From: Macrostomum hystrix
Lineage: Eukaryota; Animalia; Platyhelminthes
Assembly: GCA_950097015.1 (NCBI GenBank)
Contig: CATNEN010000001.1
Location: forward strand, 1,054,001 to 1,118,000
Length of the DNA: 64,000 bases
Direction of reading: 5' to 3'
Shown: positions 49,309-60,936 of the stretch, piece by piece
How positions within the stretch are numbered: position 1 is the first letter of the stretch
How the letters are laid out: every line of letters begins with the position of its first letter
Translations under genes and position numbers: made by a program
Notes under the pieces: generated by a model
Told to the model about the DNA's origin: nothing
Database searches by the model: none
Seen by the model: the letters and a program-made list of their open reading frames with translations, nothing else

Positions 49309-51396
49309 CTGATAGGCCCCGCCGGTGTGCAATGCCCTGCCAACCGGTGCCAGTGCAATGACGCCGCCAGTCAGATGGTTGCCAGCCGGTGACCAGGCCG
49401 TACTGTAAGTCGGTCCGCGCACGGACACGCCGGACTCGTCGTAGCGACCGTGAGATTCGGCAGATTCGGCCAGATCCCACAGGCAAAGAGCGCCGTCGTC
49501 TAGGCCGGCACAGACGAAACCATCCGGCGTCCAACAGGCGCAAGTCAGCGGAGCCGGAGCCGACAGGACGCACAGTGGCAGCTCGGGCTCGTGAATACTC
49601 CAGATGAGCAGACTTGAAGCAATCTGGTGCACGGTGAGCAGTCTAGCCGACCGTCTGGGATCAAACAGAGCTCTACTAGCCGGTCCGTAGGCTGATCCGG
49701 GGGTCAGCGGAGTGAAGCCGCTGCTGAGGTGGCCGGCCGCTTCGCGTCTACCGTTCGGTACGCGAGGCCGGCTCTGTTCTTCTAGGACGCGTCTAACCAG
49801 ATCCAAAGTGCGCAGCAATGATTTTGTCGACGGTTGGCTCGCCGCCGTGGACACGGATGCAGACTGGGCGTCCCTGTTCTTGCTTCTCTTCTTCTTTCTT
49901 CCAGCGTCTCCTCTTTCGTCTGCAGCTTCGTTATCATCGTCGCCAGCGGCGTCAACACCGGCGCATTCAACGAGATCGCCGGGTGGATTCTGGGTCCACC
50001 GACTGGCTAATTCGATATCTTCGGTCATGGCTTCGCGATCGACCGCGTCTTCGTTCGTTTGCACAGCAGCCTGATTAGCGTTACTCCTGCCGTACTGGCG
50101 CATATAGAGCGCGTACTCTTCTAGCGGGGCCAGCTGGAACAGATCGTAAGACACTTTGTCCAGATCGATTAGGCGCGACAGTTCGTCCCAGCGGCGTTGA
50201 GTTCTGCTTGCCGCAGCTGTGTTCGCCTGACGACGCTTGGCGCCGAAGAAGTCGATGAACGCCTTCGGTCTGGGCGTCTGATGAGCGGACGACTTCTGCT
50301 TGTCGTCAGCATCATCAACGTCGTCGTCATTGCTATCTTTGTCATAGTGCGGCTTTTTTGGCTGTTCTTTGTTAGACCTTGGCGGCTGCTTCTGCCTCTC
50401 GTCGTCTTCATTCGCATCTTCGCCGTCGCCATTGTCGTCCTCAAAGTCGTCAAAGTCTTCGTCATAGTTCTCAAATTCGTCTTCATCATAATTGTAGTCA
50501 TCCTCTGGTGCTTCTGCTGCTTCGGCCTTGCCGTTAGATTTTGTCGGCTTCTCGGAAGATTTCCGGTCTTTGTCCTCTTTATCCTTGTCTTTGTCCCGAG
50601 GCGGTTCGCGGTCTTTGTCATCGCGACGTCTATCCCGGTCTTTATCTTCGCGATGTCTGTCCCGGTCTTTGTCCCCCTTGTTTCTATCTCTATCTTTGTC
50701 GTCACGATGTCTCTCTCGATCTTTGTCATCCCGACGTCTGTCTCGGTCTTTTTCATCTCTGTGTCTATCCCGGTCTTTATCATCTCTGTGTCTATCCCGG
50801 TCTTTATCATCTCTATGCCTGTCTCGATCTCTGTCGTCTTTACGCCTCTCGCGTTCTTTTTGATCGCGATTTCTGTCCCGGTCTTTATCATCACGATGTC
50901 TCTCTCGGTCTTTGTCATCGCGATGTCTGTCTCGGTCTTTGTCATCGCGATGTCTGTCCCGGTCTTTCTCATCGCGATGTCTGTCACGGTCTTTATCATC
51001 GCGACGTTTGTCTTGGTCTTTATCGTCGCGACGTCTTTCGCGGTCTTTGTCATCGCGACGTTTGTCTTGGTCTTTATCGTCGCGACGTCTTTCGCGGTCT
51101 TTGTCATCTCTGTTTCGATCCCGATTCTTGTCATCTCGATGTCTTCTCTCCCTGTCCTTGTCGTCTTTGTGCCTACTGTCGCGATCTTTATCTTTATCGC
51201 GTCTATCTCTGTCCTTATCTCGATCTTTGTCATCCCGATCTCTGTCTCTGTCCTCGCCGCCTTTGCTTTTGCTTCGCCTAGACTGCTTGGCCTCGGCGTC
51301 CATTTCGTCAAGAATTTTTTTCATCGCACCTGGCTTGGCCGTGTCCTCCAAACGGCCCCGACGACTGCCGCCTGTGCTGCCTTTGTCTTGCGGCAT
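49309..51396 (-). CDS. DYNC2I1: WDR60 / dynein-2 intermediate chain 1, coding exon 1
   Basis: Long R/D/K-rich N-terminus, acidic DDYNYDEDEFENYDEDFDD, then LIDLD..YDLFQLAPLEEYALYMRQYGRSNANQAAVQTNEDAVDREAMTEDIE...WTQNP, matching the conserved WDR60 block. Donor CAG|GTGAGT at 49309/49308. The spliced protein is about 952 aa. Confidence 0.93.
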
Positions 51397-51734
51397 TTCG
51401 TTCTGACGAGCTAGAAACTGTTTTTCTAAGGCCTAGTTATGTCTGAATCAATCGAAGCTTTAATCTTTTTAAGACAACTTTTTGGCCTATATTCAGATCT
51501 GAAAAGTACAAAAGATAATTGTATGATAACATTAAACCTGAAGGGATAGCCGTCAACCTGAAGGATAACATTGCAAAAAAACTGAAAAAAACGCAGAAGT
51601 CGAGACGTATTATTCTGTAATAAATGCACTTTTTACTTCTTTTTTGTTTATCAATAATAGAACAAGTATTAAATAACAATAGCGATATTGCAATCAATTG
51701 AATAGACAGGGTGAAAGCAGCAAAAACAATGCTT

Positions 51735-52247
51735 TCAACTAGGCGGTTTCTTCATACTCAGACGCATTATGAAGTCCATGATAATCATCTGAGTCCGGAT
51801 GTCATTCGGGCTATTGGTGACAAAGAATCCTGGCACCCCGGACTTCTCCAGCGTGCTCTGCTGAGACAGCACCTTCTGGTCCAGCTCCATGATGATCTTC
51901 ATGTCGAATTTCTTCAATCTGTCGGCCTGACCTCGCTCCAACTCCACTGTCTGACGCTCGTGAGTCTGACGAATTCGACGCTCCTCCATCGAACGCAGCC
52001 TGCCAGTTGACACAATGGCCGACAGCTCGTCTGACTGCCTGGCAGATAGGTCGGCTCGCTCGCTTCGAAGCTCCGCTTCCAACTGACGGCGACGTTCGCT
52101 CAACGACTTCTCTTCCAGGTGTTGAACTTCGCGCAGATTGCGCACAATGTCAAATACGGTTCCGTCTAATAGAGAATTAGCTAATCTACAGATCTGATCC
52201 TGGGATACACGATTGCGATTAACAGCTGGTAAAGCCGAGTGCATTGC
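51735..52247 (-). CDS. DGCR6: DGCR6-family (gonadal protein gdl-like) protein, coding exon 2
   Basis: LANSLLDGTVFDIVRNLREVQHLEEKSL and ELDQKVLSQQSTLEKSGVPGFFVTNSP..IRTQM match DGCR6. Acceptor CAG|GCA at 52248/52247. Confidence 0.93.
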   Translation of the reverse strand, partial: AMHSALPAVNRNRVSQDQICRLANSLLDGTVFDIVRNLREVQHLEEKSLSERRRQLEAELRSERADLSARQSDELSAIVSTGRLRSMEERRIRQTHERQTVELERGQADRLKKFDMKIIMELDQKVLSQQSTLEKSGVPGFFVTNSPNDIRTQMIIMDFIMRLSMKKPPS

Positions 52248-52289
52248 CTGGGGATTAGGAGAAGGATTAAAACAATTTTTTTTAATTAG

Positions 52290-53335
52290 CTATGCTAATC
52301 CACCAATCCTACTGATGCTAATCGGTTAATCCTACTGGTGCTTATTCACTAATCCTACTGGTTCTTATTCACTAATCCTACCGATGCTAATCCACTAATC
52401 CTACTCGTGCTTATTCACTAATCCTACTGGTGCTTATTCATTAATCCTACTGGTTCTTATTCACTAATCCTACCGATGCTAATCCACTAACCCTACTGGT
52501 GCTTATTCACTAATCCTACTGGTGCTTATTCACTAATCCTACTGGTGCTTATTCACTAATCCTACTGGTGCTTATTCACTAATCCTACTCGTGCTTATTC
52601 ACTAATCCTACTGGTGCTAATTCACTAATCCTACTGGTGCTTATTCACTAATCCTACTGGAGCTTATTCACTAATCCTACTGGAGCTTATTCACTAATCC
52701 TACTCGTGCTTATTCACTAATCCTACTGGTGCTTATTCACTAATCCTACTGATGCTTATTCACTAATCCTACTCGTGCTTATTCACTAATCCTACTCGTG
52801 CTTATTCACTAATCCTACTGGTGCTTATTCACTAATCCTACTCGTGCTTATTCACTAATCCTACTCGTGCTTATTCACTAATCCTACTCGTGCTTATTCA
52901 CTAATCCTACTGGTGCTTATTCACTAATCCTACTGGTGCTTATTCACTAATCCTACTCGTGCTTATTCACTAATCCTACTCGTGCTTATTCACTAATCCT
53001 ACTCGTGCTTATTCACTAATCCTACTGGTGCTTATTCACTAATCCTACTGGTGCTAATTCACTAATCCTACTGATGCTTATTCACTAATCCTACTCGTGC
53101 TTATTCACTAATCCTACTGGTGCTTATTCACTAATCCTACTGATGCTTATTCACTAATCCTACTCGTGCTTATTCACTAATCCTACTGATGCTTATTCAC
53201 TAATCCTACTCGTGCTTATTCACTAATCCTACTGGTGCTTATTCACTAATCCTACTGATGCTTATTCACTAATCCTACTGGTGCTTATTCACTAATCCTA
53301 CTGATGCTTATTCACTAATCCTACTGATGCTTATC
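52290..53335. repeat. 23-bp minisatellite (CACTAATCCTACTGGTGCTTATT) filling the DGCR6 intron
   Basis: Directly visible. Confidence 0.96.
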
Positions 53336-53468
53336 TAAAAGTCCTACCTTTTTGCTAATCCACTAAAATCCGTGTTTCTGTCAGTGTTAATCCATTTATC
53401 CCATTTGTTTAACTGTCCATCTTTTCTGTATTCATAAATGTTTTTAGCACACAAAAAAGGATTCTCAC

Positions 53469-53582
53469 CTGGAGCTGTTCCAAAAGAAAATAATGCCTTC
53501 TTTGGAGAGTCTCTTTACTTTGCAATTCTTCAGCCACTGTTTGCAGTAGCTCTGGATCCAAATTAGGAATGTATTGCGTCAT
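53469..53582 (-). CDS. DGCR6: DGCR6-family protein, coding exon 1
   Basis: MTQYIPNLDPELLQTVAEELQSKETLQRRHYFLLEQLQ (cf. QERHYQLLSALQ). Donor CAG|GTGAGA at 53469/53468. Total about 208 aa. Confidence 0.88.
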
Positions 53583-53649
53583 ATTGGAGGAGGGCTGTAA
53601 CACGTTAAGTTTAAATTATTGTCTAGGTATCCGGTAGAATTACAACCTC

Positions 53650-54542
53650 AATCTGAGGATCTGGGATAATTAGCTACCCCTAATCTGAGGATCTGGGATA
53701 ATTAGCTACCCAGGTCTGAGGATCTGGGATAATTAGCTACCCAGGTCTGAGGATCTGGGATAATTAGCTACCCAGGTCTGAGGATCTGGGATAATTAGCT
53801 ACCCAGGTCTGAGGATCTGGGATAATTAGCTACCCAGGTCTGAGGATCTGGGATAATTAGCTACCCAGGTCTGAGGATCTGGGATAATCAGCTACCCAGG
53901 TCTGAGGATCTGGGATAATTAGCTACCCCAAATTTGAGGATCTGGGATAATTAGCTACCCAGGTCTGAGGATCTGGGATAATTAGCTACCCCAAATTTGA
54001 GGATCTGGGATAATTAGCTACCCCTAATCTGAGGATCTGGGATAATTAGCTACCCAAATCTGAGGATCTGAGATAATTAGCTACCCCTAATCTGAGGATC
54101 TAGGATAATTAGCTACCACTAATCTGAGGATCTGGGATAATTAGCTACCCCAAATTTGAGGATCTGGGATAATTAGCTACCCCTAATCTGAGGATCTAGG
54201 ATAATTAGCTACCCCTAATCTGAGGATCTAGGATAATTAGCTACCCCTAATCTGAGGATCTGGGATAATTAGCTAGCTCTAATTTGAGGATATGGGATAA
54301 TTAGCTACCCAAATCTGAGGATCTGGGATAATTAGCTACCCAAATCTGAGGATCTGGGATAATTAGCTACCCAAATCTGAGGATCTGGGATAATTAGCTA
54401 CCCCTAATCTGAGGATCTGGGATAATTAGCTACCCCTAATCTGAGGATATGGGATAATTAGCTACCAAAATCTGAGGATCTGGGATAATTAGCTACCCAA
54501 ATCTGAGGATCTGGGATAATTAGCTACCACTAATCTGAGGAT
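53650..54542. repeat. 31-33-bp minisatellite (TCTGAGGATCTGGGATAATTAGCTACCCAGG)
   Basis: Directly visible. Confidence 0.95.
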
Positions 54543-55009
54543 GTGTGAAAAAAATAAACAAAGATAAATCAAAGCACTTATTGAAAATGGAAGTATTATT
54601 AATCAACAATTTTATAATGGATAATTTATCAAAACGATTAAAAATCGATACGCGGATAAACAAACATTGATTCATGGTTAACTGATCGAACATCGAAAAT
54701 TCGTTCCGGCCTATTAAAGAAGCGAGAATACACCATTGTTATTGATTAACAAGAGAAACAAAATTCTTGTTATTTCTTTTGGCAATAGACTCGGCTTATT
54801 AAATAAAATGAACAATCAATAATTTAATATTAGGCAATAAATAATAAAGTATTCACTGGGCGTGCCGAAAGTCGTAAAGAATATAATGAAAAAAAATGAA
54901 AGGGTTACAAAACTTTTTAAGCATCAGTTTTAATATTTTAATGCCAGCTTCAAAAAAATATTATAAAATAATCAACTAATATCTAAATTATATGCCTACT
55001 ATTGTCCAA

Positions 55010-55510
55010 CAACCCCAACCTGAAAGTTATGGGAGGATGGCAACCCCAACCTGAAGGTTATGGGAGGATGGCAACCCCAACCTGAAGGTTATGGGAGGAT
55101 GGCAACCCCAACCTGAAGGTTATGGGAGGATGGCAACCCCAACCTGAAGGTTATGGGAGGATAGCAACCCCAACCTGAAGGTTATGGAAGGATGGCAACC
55201 CCAACCTGAAGTTCAGGGGAGGACGGCAACCCCAACCTGAAGTTCAGGGGAGGACGGCAACCCCAACCTGAAGTTCAGGGGAGGACGGCAACCCCAACCT
55301 GAAGTTCAGGAGAGGACGGCAACCCAACCTGAAGTTCAGGGGGAGGACGGCAACCCAACCTGAAGTTCAGGGGAGGACGGCAACCCAACCTGAAGTTCAG
55401 GAGAAGACAGCAACCCAACCTGAAGTTCAGGAGAGGACGGCAACCCAACCTGAAGTTCAGGAGAGGACAGCAACCCAACCTGAAGTTCAGGAGGATGGTA
55501 ATACCAACCT
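55010..55510. repeat. 30-31-bp minisatellite (GGCAACCCCAACCTGAAGTTCAGGGGAGGAC)
   Basis: Directly visible; unit variants change stepwise along the array. Confidence 0.95.
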
Positions 55511-56149
55511 TAAAAAATAAGTTAATAATTAAAAACAGGACTACGTCAGTCTATTGATACGCCAATTTATTACTAAAACTAAGAATTGTCATGCAATTAA
55601 AAACGGATATGCAGTAACAGTTTTAAAAAATTGATGTTTATAAGGATACTGGAAACTGATTAAATATTTTTCTAATAGATAACAAATCAACCAGTCTTTG
55701 TTCGTCATTATCGTTAATTAATTAACGCAAACAAAGTTTAAACTAACGAATTAAGCGAACAAAAAATGGGAATAAAAATAACAGGTGCCTAAAATGTGAT
55801 TTCCTTTTTTATTATTATTTTTCAAAATATAAGCGCTCAAAAAAGTATTCTTGAGCTGACACAACTAGTAAAATACTTGTTAACAAACTCATGCATGTTT
55901 TGTTTAAATAGACTCGTCCGACGAATACTTTTTTTAGCTTTCGGAGCAATACCAACCGTGTCAGCCAAATTTAATCATAACTACGAATATGAAAATGGTT
56001 ATACAAAATTAATTAAAAAGCTTTATATTGTCAGTATTTTTATTGTGACTGTGGAAAAAAACACAGCAAACTTTTTCAATAGTCAAACCTTCAAAATGTG
56101 GATCTAGAAACTACGGATTCAAAACCCAAGTATGCGTATCCAGTAGTCC

Positions 56150-58075
56150 ACGTTTAAAACCCAAATCTACTAATCCTTTAATCCTCTGATCCGCATTTAA
56201 AACACTAATCTGCTAATCCTTTAATCCTCTGATCCGCATTTAAAACCCTAATCTACTAATCCTTTAATCCTCTGATCCGCATTTAAAACACGAATCTACT
56301 AATCCTTTAATCCTCTGATCCGCATTTAAAACACGAATCTACTAATCCTTTAATCCTCTGATCCGCATTTAAAACACTAATCTACTAATCCTTTAATCCT
56401 CTGATCCGCATCTAAAACCCAAATCTACTAATCCTTTAATCCTCTGATCCGCATCTAAAACACGAATCTACTAATCCTTTAATCCTCTGATCCGCATTTA
56501 AAACACTAATATACTAATCCTTTAATCCTCTGATCCGCATTTAAAACCCTAATCTACTAATCCTTTAATCCTCTGATCCGCATTTAAAACCCTATTTAAA
56601 ACACGAATCTACTAATCCTTTAATCCTCTGATCCGCATCTAAAACACGAATCTACTAATCCTTTAATCCTCTGATCCGCATTTAAAACCCTATTTAAAAC
56701 ACTCATCTGCTAATCCTTTAATTCTCTAATCCACATTTAAAACACTAATCTACTAATCCTTTAATCCTCTGATCCGCATTTAAAACCCTATTTAAAACAC
56801 GAATCTACTAATCCTTTAATCCTCTGATCCGCATCTAAAACACGAATCTACTAATCCTTTAATCCTCTGATCCGCATTTAAAACCCTATTTAAAACACTC
56901 ATCTGCTAATCCTTTAATTCTCTAATCCACATTTAAAACACTAATCTACTAATCCTTTAATCCTCTGATCCGCATTTAAAACCCAAATCTACTAATCCTT
57001 TAATACTCTGATCCGCATCTAAAACCCAAATCTACTAATCCTTTAATCCTCTGATCCGCATCTAAAACACGAATCTACTAATCCTTTAATCCTCTGATCC
57101 GCATTTAAAACACTAATATACTAATCCTTTAATCCTCTGATCCGCATTTAAAACCCTAATCTACTAATCCTTTAATCCTCTGATCCGCATTTAAAACACT
57201 AATATACTAATCCTTTAATCCTCTGATCCGCATTTAAAACCCTATTTAAAACCCTATTTAAAACACGAATCTACTAATCCTTTAATCCTCTGATCCGCAT
57301 TTAAAACACTAATATACTAATCCTTTAATCCTCTGATCCGCATTTAAAACCCTAATCTACTAATCCTTTAATCCTCTGATCCGCATTTAAAACACTAATA
57401 TACTAATCCTTTAATCCTCTGATCCGCATCTAAAACACGAATCTACTAATCCTTTAATCCTCTGATCCGCATCTAAAACACGAATCTACTAATCCTTTAA
57501 TCCTCTGATCCGCATTTAAAACCCTAATCTGCTAATCCTTTAATCCTCTGATCCGCATTTAAAACCCTATTTAAAACACTCATCTGCTAATCCTTTAATT
57601 CTCTGATCCACATTTAAAACACTAATCTACTAATCCTTTAATCCTCTGATCCGCATTTAAAACCCTAATCTGCTAATCCTTTAATACCCTGATCCGCATT
57701 TAAAACACTAATATCCTAATCCTTTAATACCCTGATCCGCATTTAAAACACGAATCTACTAATCCTTTAATCCTCTGATCCGCATCTAAAACACTAATCT
57801 ACTAATCCTTTAATACTCTAATCCACATTTAAAACACTCATCTGCTAATCCTTTAATCCTCTGATCCACATTTAAAACACTAATCTACTAATCCTTTAAT
57901 CCTCTAATCCACATTTAAAACCCAAATCTACTAATCCTTTAATACTCTAATCCACATTTAAAACACTCATCTGCTAATCCTTTAATTCTCTAATCCACAT
58001 TTAAAACACTCATCTGCTAATCCTTTAATCCTCTAATCCATATCTAAAACACTAATCTACTAATCCTTTAATCCA
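56150..58075. repeat. 43-bp minisatellite (TCTACTAATCCTTTAATCCTCTGATCCGCATTTAAAACACGAA)
   Basis: Directly visible; begins about 150 bp past the CAP stop codon. Confidence 0.96.
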
Positions 58076-58226
58076 AATATAACCCAAATCTAAAAATCCA
58101 CTAATCCCAATTTTAAAACCCAGCATCTACTATAATCCCGCATTCCCGCAATAAAACTTGAACTCACAAACAGTAAATCCAACATAACTTTTCGTTAATC
58201 CCACAAGGATAATCCACAAAGAGCGA

Positions 58227-58568
58227 TCAGATCAGGTCAGTAGGCTCAGTAGTGAATCCTTTGCCATTCCAGACGTTTCGGAACTGTTCTGGCAGCGGGT
58301 ACTCCTTTAAGTCGCCATTGTCCATGGCTATGCAGATGTTCATCTCGGATGACTTGGCTGTGACAATGGAACAAGCCGCACGGCAGGCCTCGGTCAGATA
58401 AACTTGAACACCGTCGGTTTTGTCAACATTCACAGTTGGCACAGAGCCAAGGCATTGGGTCTGCACCGACTGGCAATTAACAATGTCCACAGCGCTGATT
58501 AGATCGTCGAAAACTAAGGCGCATTTTCGACAGCTGTCCATTGTGATGCCGTTAATTTTGCCCTTAAC
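58227..58568 (-). CDS. CAP: Adenylyl cyclase-associated protein (CAP/Srv2), exon 4 (CARP domain)
   Basis: VKGKINGITMDSCRKCALVFDDLISAVDIVNCQSVQTQCLGSVPTVNVDKTDGVQVYL...AKSSEMNI...EYPLPEQF. Acceptor CAG|GTT at 58569/58568. Confidence 0.95.
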   Translation of the reverse strand, partial: VKGKINGITMDSCRKCALVFDDLISAVDIVNCQSVQTQCLGSVPTVNVDKTDGVQVYLTEACRAACSIVTAKSSEMNICIAMDNGDLKEYPLPEQFRNVWNGKGFTTEPTDLI

Positions 58569-58594
58569 CTGGACGGAAGTAGACGCGTAGATTG

Positions 58595-58942
58595 GGTCAT
58601 GACAAATGACTCGTGACCTTTATGATGTCATGACGCTTTGAAATATTACTATAATTTATGAACCATGACACCGTGACTCATGATTCTATGAGATGACCCA
58701 TGACGCTACGCGCTTGGGACCCATGACCCTATGACCCTTTACGCTATGAGCTATGATTCGTTGACCCATGACTCTATGAACCATAACACCATGAGCTATG
58801 ACTCTATGACCCATGACACTGACTCTATCACCCTTGACGCTATGACTCTGACTCATGACGTCATGAGCTAGGACTCTATGACCACATTCACTCATGAACT
58901 ATGTGACTATATGACTCATGACTAGATGACCTATGACATGTG
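58595..58942. repeat. Degenerate short (ATGACTC/ATGACCC-like) repeat in CAP intron 3
   Basis: Dense recurring ATGAC/ATGAG words. Confidence 0.75.
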
Positions 58943-58997
58943 ATCTCCGCAATGAAGCATCGCTTAAAGCATTTAAACAAATTTTGTCGCAACCAAC

Positions 58998-59309
58998 CTG
59001 AATGGTGCTGCCCTCGCATTTGAAGATGTACACGGCCTGCTTGATGCTGGTGTTGTCAATGACAATATTGCGATTATTCTTATGATATTCCACTGTCCAT
59101 TTCTGACCAGTGAGCGCTGTGACGGGCGCCTTCGCTGGCGCGGCGGCGGCGGCAGCTGCCGGCTTCTTGACGACCGCTGAGGAGGCGCCAGCGGCACCTG
59201 GCTTGGGAGCCACCGGCGGGGGCTGCTTCTTGTGAGCCCGCAGCTCAGGATTCTTGTGCGTCTTGGCTGAGTCCGGCACCTTGCGTAGGCGACCTGTGAT
59301 GCCCTCGCC
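58998..59309 (-). CDS. CAP: CAP exon 3 (end of WH2, P2, start of CARP)
   Basis: GEGITGRLRKVPDSAKTHKNPELR...PPPVAPKP...KWTVEYH...AVYIFKCEGSTIQ. Acceptor TAG|GGC and donor CAG|GTTGGT. Confidence 0.93.
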
Positions 59310-59339
59310 CTACAGAGAGCATTTGGGTATCGTCAGTTA

Positions 59340-59999
59340 AGATCTGGGACTATTGGGATGAGTTGGATCTGGGACTCTTCAGATCAGTTGGGATCTGGGC
59401 CTATTGGGATCAGTTGGGATCAGTTGGGATCTGGGCCTATTGGGATCAGTTGGGATCAGTTGGGATCTGGGCCTATTGGGATCAGTTGGGATCTGGGACT
59501 ATTGGGATCAGTTGGGATCTGGGACTATCGGGATGAGTTGGATCTGGGACTCTTCAGATCAGTTGGGACCTGGGCCTATTGGGATCAGTTGGGATCTGGG
59601 CCTTTTGGGGTCAGTTGGGATCTGGGACTATTGGGATCAGTTGGGATCTGGGACTATTGGGATCAGTTGGGACCTGGGCCTATTGGGATCAGTTGGGATC
59701 TGGGCCTTTTGGGATCAGTTGGGATCTGGGACTATTGGGATCAGTTGGGATCTGGGACTATTGGGATCAGATGGGATCTGGGACGATTGGGATCAGTTAG
59801 GATCTGGGACTATTGGGGTCAGTTGGATCTGGGAATATTGGGATCAGTTGGATCTGGGACTATTGGGATCAGTTGGATCTGGGAATATTGGGATCAGTTG
59901 GATCTGGGAATATTGGGATCAGTTGGATCTGGGACTATTGGGATCAGTTGGATCTGGGACTATTGGGAGTCAGTTGGATCTGGGACTATTGGGAGTCAG
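59340..59999. repeat. About 26-bp minisatellite (GGATCTGGGACTATTGGGATCAGTTG) filling CAP intron 2
   Basis: Directly visible. Confidence 0.94.
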
Positions 60000-60022
60000 C
60001 TGACCCAAACATGGCTGTTAAC

Positions 60023-60385
60023 CTGGTTGATTTCCGCAAACAAAGCCGCCGCCTTGGTCGATGAACCGTCGTCTGCGGCCGCCGGCGGTGGCGGCGGCGG
60101 GGGCGGCGGGGGTGGCGGAGGAGGTGGCGGCGGGCCGCCGGCCTTCGGCGGTGAAGCAGCAGCAGCAGAAGCAGCTGGCGCCGAGCCGCCACCACTGCCA
60201 AAGACCAGTCCAGTGGTGTGCTTGGCCTTAACATAGGCTTGCAACTCTTTCAACAGGTCGATCCAGGCTGAGACCCAGGTCACGTGACGCGGGTCGGTGC
60301 GCTTGTACTCGGTGAGAATTTTGTCGGTGTAGAACTGGCTGGATTCGCGCATGTCTTGCACGAACTGGGCCGGGGCTGGGGTTAT
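60023..60385 (-). CDS. CAP: CAP exon 2 (end of second HFD, poly-Pro P1, start of WH2)
   Basis: ITPAPAQFVQDMRESSQFYTDKIL...AWIDLLKELQAYVKAKHTTGLVF...poly-Pro tract...AALFAEINQ. Acceptor CAG|ATA and donor CAG|GTTAAC. Confidence 0.92.
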
Positions 60386-60414
60386 CTGTATTAAGGGAGG
60401 ATGGCAAAACAATA

Positions 60415-60770
60415 AAGAGCAGATTAAGAATCCAGAGAGCGGATTAAGAATTTAGAGAGCAGAGTAAGAATCCAGAGAGCAGAGTAAGAAAACTAGAGAG
60501 CGGATTAAGAATCCAGAGAGCGGATTTAGAATCCAGAGAGTGGATTAAGAATCTAGAGAGCGGATTAATAATCCAGAGAGCGGATTTAGAATCCAGAGAG
60601 TGGATTAAGAATCCAGAGAGTGGATTAAGAATCTAGAGAGCGGAATAAAAAAACTAGAGAGCAGATTAAGAATCCAGAGAGCGGATTAAGAATCGAGAGA
60701 GCGGATTAAGAATTCAGAGAACGGATTAAGAAAATCAGAGAGCTGATTTGAAGAATCAGAGAGCGGATTT
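60415..60770. repeat. 20-bp minisatellite (GGATTAAGAATCCAGAGAGC) in CAP intron 1
   Basis: Directly visible. Confidence 0.92.
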
Positions 60771-60936
60771 CCGGGAGGTTCAAGGAAAAACAAACGTATC
60801 TGGAGAAGGAGTTGATTTTGAGAATCAGCGAAAGTACTGTGAGACAATAAAAAGTATTAGGAATCATCTTATAAAAAGGTATATAAAGGAAACGCTATTT
60901 ATAGAATTTGTTGTTCGATTCAGCCACTGAACCTAC

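Noticed and set aside
50169-51414. Long overlapping and antisense ORFs (405, 380 and 246 aa) over WDR60
   Set aside because: They are by-products of the low-complexity R/D/K codon repeats and show no independent coding signal.
59358-60236. 292-aa + strand ORF with poly-Gly
   Set aside because: It is the antisense reading of the CAP intron-2 minisatellite plus the poly-Pro codons.
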